Assembly (NCBI RefSeq): GCF_022539665.2 | Contig: NC_081331.1 | Span: 13,516,001 to 13,580,000, forward strand | Direction: 5' to 3' | From: Daphnia carinata | Taxonomy: Eukaryota | Length of the DNA: 64,000 nucleotides | In this document: in pieces, positions 1 to 18,420 of the stretch | Layout of the letters: each line of letters starts with the position of its first letter | Numbering within the stretch: position 1 is the first letter of the stretch | Position numbers and translations under genes: made by a program | Notes under the pieces: generated by a model | Database searches by the model: none | What the model saw: only the letters and a program-made list of their open reading frames with translations | Told to the model about the DNA's origin: nothing

Positions 1-224
1 TAGGGTCGACCGGAATTGCTCGCGTCGACATCCGTCATCGTTTCCAGCTTTACAAAAATCAGTGTGGTTTTGTGGTGTGAATGAAAAAGAGAGAGGAACA
101 TAACGATCGCAGTCAGAAATTTTGAGCAATTGTGCGTAACCAGTGCGTTTTTATTGTGCCACATGAAAACAAGTTTTATTGATTATACCGAAATTCAGGG
201 AAGAAAAAGCAATACCCAGTAAAT

Positions 225-8565
<8,341 letters not shown>

Positions 8566-8638
8566 CGGCCGGTTTCTGATTTCAATCTTAATCGAATTTG
8601 TGATTTTTCTCTGGATTTCTTTTTTTATTTACCAACAG

Positions 8639-8793
8639 GCGAGTCGAGTATTTACACCCTTAAATTGAAGAGGCCAAGCAAAGGCACTGTGCATTTCGAT
8701 TGCGAAGACATTGACGTCATAGACCAGCAAAAGCAGCAACAAATGAAAGTCGGCAACATGTCCAACGACTTTGGCTCGAAATCAATCGACTGA
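8639..8793 (+). CDS. Candidate alternative C-terminal exon of the class C GPCR (xESSIYTLKLKRPSKGTVHFDCEDIDVIDQQKQQQMKVGNMSNDFGSKSID*)
   Basis: Strong acceptor (T-rich tract + aacAG at 8638) followed by ~50 open codons in the same frame as exon 16. Phase-compatible donors exist inside exon 16 (T|gtgagg 8471, A|gtacga 8537, G|gtagcc 8348). Confidence 0.45.
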
Positions 8794-10138
8794 TTACTGA
8801 ACCTATCCGTTAGGACCAAACCCAAGATGAATCATTATTACATATACATAAAAAGGAAACATTGACTACCTCTTCCTGATGGATGTCGACACATGAATCC
8901 CATCCGCTTAACAAAAAGCCGACACCATCACGATTCCTAATTGCATAATCTTTTACGTTTTGTTAACGATTTTTATTAGTTGAATTGCTTGCCAAGAGAT
9001 GGCATGAAATTCCGCGGGAGGTTTTAACTTGGTTGTTAACCCTCCTTTAAAAATGCCAGTTTTCTTGAGGAAGAAAACAAAATGTCGAGAAAATGAAGAA
9101 AGTGCAAACGAAGGACATTTTGGCCATCGTCCTCTTAAATTTCGCTCTTTTTCTTCTGCATTTTACTTTCTTCCTAAGTGTTTTGTTATGATAAATATAC
9201 CGTCAGCCCGTTTCACTTGACTTGAAAAAGTGAAGGAAAAAAAAACTCTGCTCTCCTCGGCTCAAGTCCATAAATTTTTGTGAACTCGCGCCCCGCAGTT
9301 CACGAACTTTGAATGCTGGAGTGCAGGGTGAAAAACGGAGGGACGCTGTACACTTTCCAAGAGTCGCGACGATGTGACCGTCAAAGACAAAGAGAGCCGA
9401 TTGTTGGCTGTTGCGACTCATAGAACATGTTTTATTTTACCCTCCCCCCCCCTTCAAAAAAGAAAAAAAGGACCTCTTGTACAGAGGAAACGGAGAGTTT
9501 CAGAAAGAAAAGTGGCCTGGTGTCAGATGACGCTCGCGCTTGTGTATAATGACCATTTTTGAATGATCGGCTACTCCAATTTCTTTCCATTTCTCTTAAG
9601 TATCAGAAACATACTTTGAAAGTCTCTTTCCACACGGTCACATTTTTGTTTTGTTTTGTTTGTTTTTTTTTTAGAGAAAAAAGGCGATGTGGAAGAAGAA
9701 CGAAGCAAAAAGAGCCAATAAGAAATGCTGACTGAAGTTGTAGCAAAATAGAGAACCAAAGTCAAAAAGTCGTAGGGAGAATAAGAAAAGTATGAAGATG
9801 ATGAAGGAAGGAAGGAAGAAAGAAGAAACTGGGCGGTCCCCGATAAGAGTTCCAGTCAGCTTGAGAAAAGCGCGCAGAGTAGGATTTCGTTGACCAAGTT
9901 CCTCTTCTAGAACTGTAGCGAGTGTGCTGGGTGACGGACACACACAAGTACACATGCGAAACAAGAAGAAAATATACCAGTAAAAAATCCAAAAACAAGA
10001 AGAGCCAGAAGGCAAAAGTGTGTACGTGTATGCGGAGGGTGTGTAGTACTATATGTGTGTGAAAGGAAGAGCGAAATGAGCTGGACTCGAATTTCCACCA
10101 GCCTCTGTCTCAGACTCAACCATGTGACTCGATCGAGT

Positions 10139-10144
10139 TCAGTC
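10139..10144 (+). promoter_or_regulatory. Candidate initiator (TCAGTC) for RECK
   Basis: Exact arthropod Inr consensus TCAKTY about 170 nt upstream of the RECK ATG. Short motif, so a chance match is possible. Confidence 0.35.
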
Positions 10145-10312
10145 AAGGCTCCGCTTAGGTTCCGTTGGCTTATTACATCTGGCCGTCAAAAGTGTTAACG
10201 AAAAGAAGTGACGTTTTTTGATAGTTGAAGAACGTGAAATCACGGCAACTTTGTTGAATCAAAGAGAAATTGGTGGTCAATTAAATTTAGTGGTGGATCT
10301 CTTTATTGCAAC

Positions 10313-13300
10313 ATGATTTGCCGCTACGTTTTGTTGATCCTGTCTGCGTTCCAGTCGGTCCAACCGCACGGATTACAAACGAGTAAGTTTTTGACATCTC
10401 ATTCTTGTATTTCATTTCTTCATTGATAAAAAAAATCGTGACTGTGGTAGTTTGAACCGGCCTTCTCTTGTTACGCGGCACAATCGTCCGTGTCAATTCC
10501 TTTCGATGTTGTGTTTATGTTTCATTTATATCGTCATGTTTTTATTCTTTTTAACTAATCGTTATGCTATTGAAATAATTCCATTCATTTCTTTTTTTTT
10601 TTGAAACCGAATTGTTCTATCACAATCTGCTGGAAAATAGCAACAGTGATGCCGTCATGCTGTGCCACCGCCGTAACGGACGCTTGCCGGACATTCTGCC
10701 AAAAAGTAAATGAGTTTTTGGTTTCTCTTTTGCCTAGGATAAATATACACACACACTCGTCACTCCATTCATTAATGAAGTTGATTCTGGCAGTGTGACG
10801 TTCTGCAACTGTTACCCAACGAGCGTTGGTGAAAAATGTTTACGACAAAGTATTAAAACTCGCTGTTTTAACAGCAAGAATATATACGTGAATATCTATT
10901 TTTATCGCTGGCTGAAGAAATTAATGAACGCACGACCCTATACAGATTTTTTAAATGTTTTACGTCTTCAGCCTCTGGTGACGTTCTTAGGGAATGAAGT
11001 GTCGATTTGCAGAATAACCCCCCCCCTCCCCTTTTTCTTCACCAGAGTGCTATCTGGAGTAACCTTGTGACCATGAAGTTTGATTGGTTGGAATGCAAAT
11101 TATCCCTCCCTTTCCTTCATCCAAAAAGACAAACACAAAACATAAACATTCCGGTTGACTTCTAGTATGTCATAAATTTCTTTTTGGCCCGGAACTTGGG
11201 AACACCATGTGTGTGATGTATAGTTTTTCTTGATTTCTAAGAAATCCATTTGTGAATTGATTTTCCCCTTGAAAATATTAAGGGTTTATTTTTTTTTTTT
11301 TCATTTTTTTGGGGTGCCATCTAAACCGACTTTGGACGGTCGACTGTACATCAGAGCAGCCCCATCTTTTCAGTGTCAAATAACCTCTACGACCTTCCTA
11401 ACATTTGACTTGGCTCTAGTCACATCAGCCGTCACTGGCTCCCTCAGGCTTGTTTGTTGCTGAATCTACATGTTTCTCTACTGTCTCATTCATCAAAAAT
11501 CAAATGATGGGCGCTCCTAAACCTTTTTTTTTTCTCTCCAAATGTTTACTTCCGCTGATGTAATTTGCCTTCATCAGGATGTGTGTGTATATGATCGTTA
11601 TCCAAAGAGCAACCATCCACCTCTTCACCCCATCATTCCGTCATTTCCCTTCAACTTTCTTCCGTTTGACACAAATTTTATTTTTCTTTGCTCCTTCTTC
11701 TGTTACCATATAGTTGATCTGTGTCTTTGCACTGTATTAACTCATTTTCATCACTTGCAGATGGATCAAACTCTCCTCTATCCGGCTGATCCCGAACTGT
11801 TGGTCGAAATGGCGTCACACTGTCCTCCGTCCATGGTAACTAATGAACCATCAACAATCGATTCCTTTTTCTTGCCCTGTCGTGTATGTACGTCCGCACT
11901 CGCTGGCAAATGAGTGCAGCATAAGAAACAAGTTCGCTTTCTGTTATCAGTAAGGGGGGAAAAAGTGAACCAGCGCTAGAGTAGAAAAAAAGAAAATTCT
12001 TTCTTCAGTTTCGTCCTCATCAACGAGCTGTAAAACTGTCAACGATTCTCTAAAGCTGAAATAACCTATGCGAGTTGGTTTTGACAAAAATAGACTCAAC
12101 GGCTCGACCAGAGTCGCGCAAATGAGACGTTCAAAGCAGACTGAGAGAAACAGTAAAAAGACTTGAAACGCACTGCTTAACAATACACAGGGCAGAAACA
12201 ATAACAAAAGAAATGTGTTTCAACTTTGTATTAATGGCTACCAATCGACACATGTAGAACCCATTCAATACTGTTGCACCCCTCCACTGATGGTAACTAA
12301 TTAATTTCGAAGAAAAGGGATCGACTTCGCAGAATTTTATGGCAGGAAGAAAACATAAAACATCATTTTGTTTATTTTACATTTAAGGATCCAAAAATAT
12401 TCTTAATCTTCTCTTTTCTTTTTTTTTTTTAGCAAGAATCGTTTTGGAACTGTCTCAACATCACCATAGGTACTTTGAATTGAAAACGTCTTTTTGGACT
12501 CGTCAGTTAAAAGTTTTGTTACCTGAATAGGACCAAAGCAAGATGGGGATTACCTGGGCCGGCAGTGTTGTTCATTGTCGCCCGTCCACCGATGCCAAAC
12601 GGCCTGTCTGAGAGCAAAACAGTACTCGGAAGATCTGGCTAATGAATGCCGTAAGAGCGACAATATGCAGCTCTTCCAATGCCTCAATCTCATCCGGGTA
12701 AGTTTTAATGTAATTACGATTAAAAAAAAAAAAATCTGTTTGTTACTATTGTTACGTTTCGTGCAAACAACAAAAGGAAGGAGAAGAATGTTGTACCTTA
12801 TCAACCGATTCCCAATGCCGAAAAGCGTGTTTTACCGTTTACAGTGCAACGGCGACATCCGTTTCCGGAGCGGGTCAGTATCTTTTTTCTTATTCTATCC
12901 TTTTGTTCTTTTGAAAGATCGATCGTTTTTGTATAAGATTAGTTATAAATAGTTAAAACCTTCAAACAAACACCGCCTTCCCCACCACGTTTATGACCGA
13001 TGCATGCTTCAACGAATCGTATAGCGTATTTATTATTCTTCAGCACGCTTTTATTCTCCCCTCTGTTTCCTATTGTTTTCGTGTTCTCTTTGACAAATGG
13101 ATGAAAAGGAAACAAAAAGTTGAGCAACGAAAGAAATCGGCAACGACCCATTTGACCTTTTTTTAGAACAGTCGATTAGAAGTTGCAGGTTTCCAGTTTC
13201 CCGGAAACTACTTCTCTGTACTATGGACTAGGGGAATGCATATGGATACCCAGCACTGGAATTATCTTGAAATGTATGCTGTGTTTGTATGATTTCTAGG

Positions 13301-15809
13301 CATTAATGGGACGCTGAGGCACGCGGCCAATACGGCGTGTGCTCGGTCACACAACGTGCTGCAGTGCGCCAAAAATCTGCTGAAAGTCGATCGATTACCA
13401 TTCAGCACTTCTAGTAAAAATTTCACCATTTTATCTTAGTCGACCAGTAGATAGATGACAATGTTTTTTGCATATTTTCATGTACATTCTCATTCGCCGA
13501 GTAGCGTTACAGTGTTGCGATAAGGGCAAGACGTTCCAGTGTCAAGAGACGTGCCGTTCTGTACTCAAGGCCGGCGAACCGGACGCTGTGGGCTTGCTGG
13601 TCAAGGACTGCGGTGAACTATCGCTGACTGAGCCACTATGGAAGTGCTTCATGAGCAAATCGCCGCCTTCTTCGCCGGAGCGAAGTGCCAACAATTATGA
13701 CCGTGCCATCAACGATATCAGAAAGTAACACAACTTTTCTCTTCTAAACGAATGTTGATTATATCATTCTGTCTGACCCAGTAAGCCAAGAAGTTTAATC
13801 GATCCGTCAAAGACAGCTGCGACGACGATCACTACAGCAACGGCGATTCAGCGTAGCAGTTACGACGCTGCTAAATTAAGCTGTTGCGATCGTGGTACTT
13901 TGCAATGTTACCGTCTTTGCCGAACGGCCCACACCAACGAATTTTTTCCCGAAACGGTGGAATTGGACGAGTGTGTCGCTCAGCCCAGTGAGGCTGCTTT
14001 GGCCACCTGCTTTGAAGATGGTATAATACAACAACTTATATTAAAATGATTCACATAAACGTGATATTATGTTTTTCACAGTTGACGAACCGTGCCAGCC
14101 CGGCTGTTCTAATCTGTCCTTCTGCTCCAGCTTCAACAACAGACCACTGGAGCTGTTCCGCAATTGTAATCCCGAAGCGGACGCAGCAGCACAAAATGTC
14201 TTCCAAGAATGGATTCGTATGACACGCGTTGTCCTCCCTGGTAAAAAGTATTGTGTGTTGTTATAGTTGGACTAGTTATCTTACGGAATTGAGGGGGGTA
14301 GGTTTGACGGGCCGGCAAGATGTGAAGCTTTGGGGTCCGTCTACATGCATGATGCCACAATGGAAAGCCTTAGCTTGCGCCCTTCAGGTAAAATGGATTT
14401 ATGATTTTTGAAAAATTCCAAAATACAATAATTTCTTGTTTTTATAGTTTAAACCATGTCGGCGAAACATGTTAAGAACCGCAATTTGCTGGAATTCGTG
14501 CATTAAATTGCTTAGCGGATGCATGACACAATACAATGCCACGCTGGCCGTCGAGTTATGTAATCGCTTGACGCCAGAGTCTTTCACAGGAGCCTGCATT
14601 AGTTTAGAAGATTACCTATCGCCCCAACCTAAGACAGTTGCCGTCGTGGCACCGTGTCGTTACAACACCTGTCGAACGGACCAGGTCTGCGTTGTTGATC
14701 ATCGCAGTTCCAATGGCTATTCTTGCCTGCCAGGTTAGTCGAATGACAGAGCTGATTGAAATTCTTTGTTATTATAAAAATTGCAATGCAGGCTGTAAAT
14801 TTGGAGACCGATCAAAAATGCTAGGCTTCCCGAAATCTTGGGTTCAACTACCAACACCTTCAACTTCTTGCTATTATAATAATTGCAACGAAGTGTGCTA
14901 TTGCAATGGAAAGGGCGAACTTCAGCAATGCCATACACCACCTTCGCAGCCTTTCGAGGCTTGTAGAGTAGGCCAACAACAATTCGGTTCGTTCACATCT
15001 ATTCTGCATTTCAATTTTTTAAATTTAAGAAGCTAACATTGGTCTTTTTCATGTAGTACATGGGACACGATTGCAAAACGATTGCAATCAATGTATTTGC
15101 CATTACGGGGAGTTGATTTGCACGCGTTATCGGTGTGACAACTCTTCCGGTGTCAGCTCCGTGATTTGGAGTTGCCCACTTCAGCCCAATCCGGTGTGTA
15201 CCAGCTCTGGCAAACGATTCTTAAATACTTGTGTAGCACAATGGCATGGGACGGCTGTCGAACCTTTAGAACACTGTCCCCAGGAAGGACCCGACAGTTT
15301 CTTTGCACCTGAATGCTACACAGTTATCCAGCTGGTCTACAGTCAGAAACAGGTGAGACTATTTTTGAACATAACAAAGAAATAAATAAGATGATTAATA
15401 AAAATCAATTTGTTTCCAGATTGATCGCTTGAGCCGCAGTACGAACAAGTCAACGATTTTCTCGGCAAGCCTGGTGGAACAATCGCTGCGCTATTTGTTA
15501 GCATATTCGCACTGCCATGTCAGCGTGTTTCATAGTGTTGATGGAGAACTGCTTGCCGTCGTCCATTCACAAATGCACTGCGCCAGTTGCAGTGCCGAAG
15601 CCGAGAAAATTGTCATGCTCTTCGATACTCGCAGCCCTCAGGTTACTTTAAATGTTCAGCTCGACGTCATTTTACTGGCGGAAGTCGTCCAGTTTGTCCA
15701 GGTCCATCCTTCCTACACCCACACATCGAGTAGTAGCGGCTTGTCCGCACATCGTGTTCAATCCATCTATACCATTCCTTTTGTTCTCAGTCTGCTGAGA
15801 TTTATTTAA
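10313..15809 (+). CDS. RECK: RECK (reversion-inducing cysteine-rich protein with Kazal motifs), probably GPI-anchored, 15 exons, ~831 aa
   Basis: Exons: 10313-10382, 10641-10705, 11761-11835, 12433-12469, 12531-12697, 12777-12873, 13300-13413, 13505-13724, 13782-14020, 14082-14240, 14302-14387, 14448-14733, 14792-14986, 15057-15352, 15420-15809 (2496 nt, in frame). Product has a signal peptide (MICRYVLLILSAFQSVQP), five CC knots (SCC, QCC, ECC, LQCC, DAAKLSCC) and RECK hallmarks (EPCQPGCSNLSFCSSFNNRPLELFRNC, WKALACALQFKPC, DCNQCIC, CSAEAEKI). It has one Kazal-like motif and a Ser-rich spacer plus hydrophobic C-terminus. Confidence 0.93.
15801..15806 (-). terminator. Candidate polyadenylation signal (AATAAA) of REV7, overlapping RECK's final codons
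   Basis: Plus-strand TTTATT (RECK Phe-Ile before TAA) reads AATAAA on the minus strand, ~58 nt after the REV7 stop. Confidence 0.55.
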
Positions 15810-15863
15810 ACGTAAGCATCGTATTTACAGAATGAATTTTCTCCGCTACTGAGCAGCATCATG

Positions 15864-16776
15864 TTAAGAATCATCGACACGGTAGTCCTCTGTGTAAATG
15901 TCTATGCAGAAGGGCTGGCTTTCTAATTTCCTGATGGGAACCACACCACTGGGATTCTTGATCTTTTCAGCCACAATCCATTGGAAATCCTGTATTAATG
16001 TAATATCATGTAAATATCAACTGTAAAGAAACTATTTTTAAATGGTCCTCAATCAGTTCATCTTACCTCGGTCGACTGCCTTTCGAGAATTTTGTTATAA
16101 GCCACGCTCCTTGTATGGATTTCGAACGCGAATGTACAGTTCCCTCTATCGTAATGGGTTTCGGAACCCAATCTCTGGCTCATTGTAAGCCAAATTGCTG
16201 TTGCTTGTTGTCGGATTTCAGTCACATTCAACGTAACTTTTCCACTGTATCAATAAACATGTTACATCATATGTGTCCTACATAATATGTGTTTGAGATT
16301 TGTTTTACCTCGGAGTTGTCTTGTAGTAAGAGTGAAATGAAAAGACAAATCTTTCAACAGGTTTGTCATTCTTGATGACCATGACCAGTTTCTCCACAAA
16401 GTCATTTGACAAGAGGTTTCTGACGGTGTTCAGGGTATTATCAATGTAATTGTTGACTTCAGGATGTATGGATTTCTAAAAAAAATCAGAAAGAAAATAT
16501 TGATTAGTGTTTGAATCATAGCAATTGAAATGTTGACTTACATAAACTAAGGCATTAAATTTTTGTGTTTGCCTGAAGATTTCGCTAGGATATAGTTTAC
16601 ATGCCCACAGAATCTGATGCAATGACACTTCAAGAAAATCAACAACCAATCCTATACATTCTGGAAAAAACATTGCCATCGTCAAGATACGTTAAATGTG
16701 AATTTTTTCAGAAGAATAATTATTAATTAATGTTTGCTACAGTACCATCGCGACCAAAGCTAGCTGAAAGAGTCAT
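15864..16776 (-). CDS. MAD2L2: MAD2L2/REV7 HORMA-domain protein (Pol zeta accessory subunit), 5 exons, 206 aa
   Basis: Minus-strand exons 16776-16746, 16660-16542, 16475-16309, 16244-16067, 15989-15864 (621 nt). Translation: MTLSASFGRDECIGLVVDFLEVSLHQILWACKLYPSEIFRQTQKFNALVYKSIHPEVNNYIDNTLNTVRNLLSNDFVEKLVMVIKNDKPVERFVFSFHS...NCTFAFEIHTR...DFQWIVAE...VVPIRKLE...IDIYTEDYRVDDS. This is collinear with human REV7 as recalled (EFLEVAVH, HPELNQYI, PVEKFVFE, CTFTVLVHT, DFPWILA). Confidence 0.93.
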
Positions 16777-16944
16777 GGAATCATAACACAATGGCAGCTG
16801 TCTAGCAAATGAGTGTTCACGAATGAATCATAAGATTTTTGACATAGTACATAAAGTTTACAGATCACAATCCTAGATCGTTTTGAGATAGCTTTAAAGA
16901 AAAGATTTTGGGACCGCGATTTGACACCAAAACACGCTGTCCAC

Positions 16945-16958
16945 GTTGGCATGGCAAC
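16945..16958. promoter_or_regulatory. RFX X-box-like element (GTTGGCATGGCAAC) with adjacent GC box (GGGGCGGGGC, ~16980-16990)
   Basis: 13/14 match to the palindromic X-box GTTGCCATGGCAAC, ~170 bp upstream of the REV7 ATG. Confidence 0.5.
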
Positions 16959-17845
16959 GACTTCCTCACCGTAGTGAAGGGGGCGGGGCCACTTTGAAAT
17001 GTGGATCTATTTTTATTTTATCCCACCACATTTGTCTGTTTTTATCACCGTTACAAGTTACAAACCAGAAATAAAGTTTAAACAAGTTATTAAAACTATT
17101 ATAGAAAATTTATGATATTTCTGATTTTAATACTCAGTAAGGGCTCCTTACAAGTTGATCGTCAAACACTGGCAAATGTCTAAATTTTTTTTGCAGCCGG
17201 AAATTGTTGTTCTTAACAAAGAAATTATTTTTCGCGCAATATAGCAAAGTGCCTCGGGAAAACACGAAGAAAAGGGTAAATTATCGTAACTACAGTCAGA
17301 CGAACAGTACTTCCCCGATGAAAGTGATGAGCACATGGCAATATGGCCGCTCCTGTTCGACCTAGGTTTTTCAAAGTTTGCCATTCTTGCTGTGCAAGGT
17401 ACTACAAATAGTTTGTAGCCTAGCTTGACAAACTCTGCTGACAAAGTGTAAATTACCAGGTATAACGCTTAATTAATCGTGTTGTATGTACAGTAACTAT
17501 GTTTTTCTGGCCAATTTATTTTCGTAAAATACCGTAACGTATAATCCACGTAAGTCGAATTAAGCCACGGCTAGAGTGTGGATTTCTTTGGTCTTAAATA
17601 GCCTTTATACTGCACAAACATTGTTACAAAATGTGTTTTGAAAAGAGAAAATTCTAATTGCTAGTGCTTTGTAGGTATCTTCTAACTTTGGCAAGACAAT
17701 CACAAAATGTTGTTTCAACCTATTGATTCCCAAATAGTTTTATAGAACTAAGTACAGCGTAACAACTCAGTACAAAGTAGAATAAGCCTTGATAGACATT
17801 TTTTCATTATTAGCAACTTTGCTCATAAATCTCTTTTGTTGCCAG

Positions 17846-18420
17846 GTCGGTGCCCATGCTGGCTCCACAAAATGAAGAAAAGTTGATAGGCCGGCCGGGA
17901 TGAGCGACCTGCTAAATGTGGTAAGTACAAACAATAACGTATCACTACAGCCCAAACAGAAAGCTGTGAAAGTACAATATGAGAATATTTTCTTTACCAT
18001 TTATTTATGTACAGGGGGAGCTTCTGAAACCACATCTTTGTGCTTTCTTTTTAACAAGAACCTTCACTGGCCAAAAGGTCGTATTGGACGTCCCATAATA
18101 GAAAATTATGGTTTGGAAGGCAAGGTCGTGGCAGACCTAAATGACGGTATACACATATTTTCATGAACGTTGGCTGACTCAATTACAAGTGCTACGTTTT
18201 CTTCCATCACCGACGTGACTGTAAATCGTTTTTAATTACATCGTTTTCAGGGAGGAAGTCCGGAATGCCTGAAGGGGTAATTCCACTATCATCTCCTAAT
18301 CCATAGGATTGCCATAAAATGGTGAGTGATCAAAACTGCTATTATGTTACTCTTTTTTTTTAACGTGTTAATATTAGATTGGGTTTTGGGGTTGCAATGT
18401 GGCTTACGTTGTCTCAAAGC
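17846..18420 (+). ncRNA. Possible spliced non-coding transcript, or distal 5'UTR exons of dunce
   Basis: Chain of plausible splice sites with short introns: exons ~17846-17920 (donor gtaagt), 18015-18146, 18251-18321 (donor gtgagt), 18378 onward. The first exon has stops in all three frames and no long spliced ORF results. Confidence 0.3.

Noticed and set aside
10506..10603. Hydrophobic ATG-started stretch as an alternative RECK signal peptide
   Set aside because: It ends in a stop with no usable donor. The 10313-10382 exon fits phase and has a gtaagt donor.
17323..17441. Possible C/D snoRNA (GTGATGA ... CTGA)
   Set aside because: No terminal stem and no recognisable rRNA antisense element.
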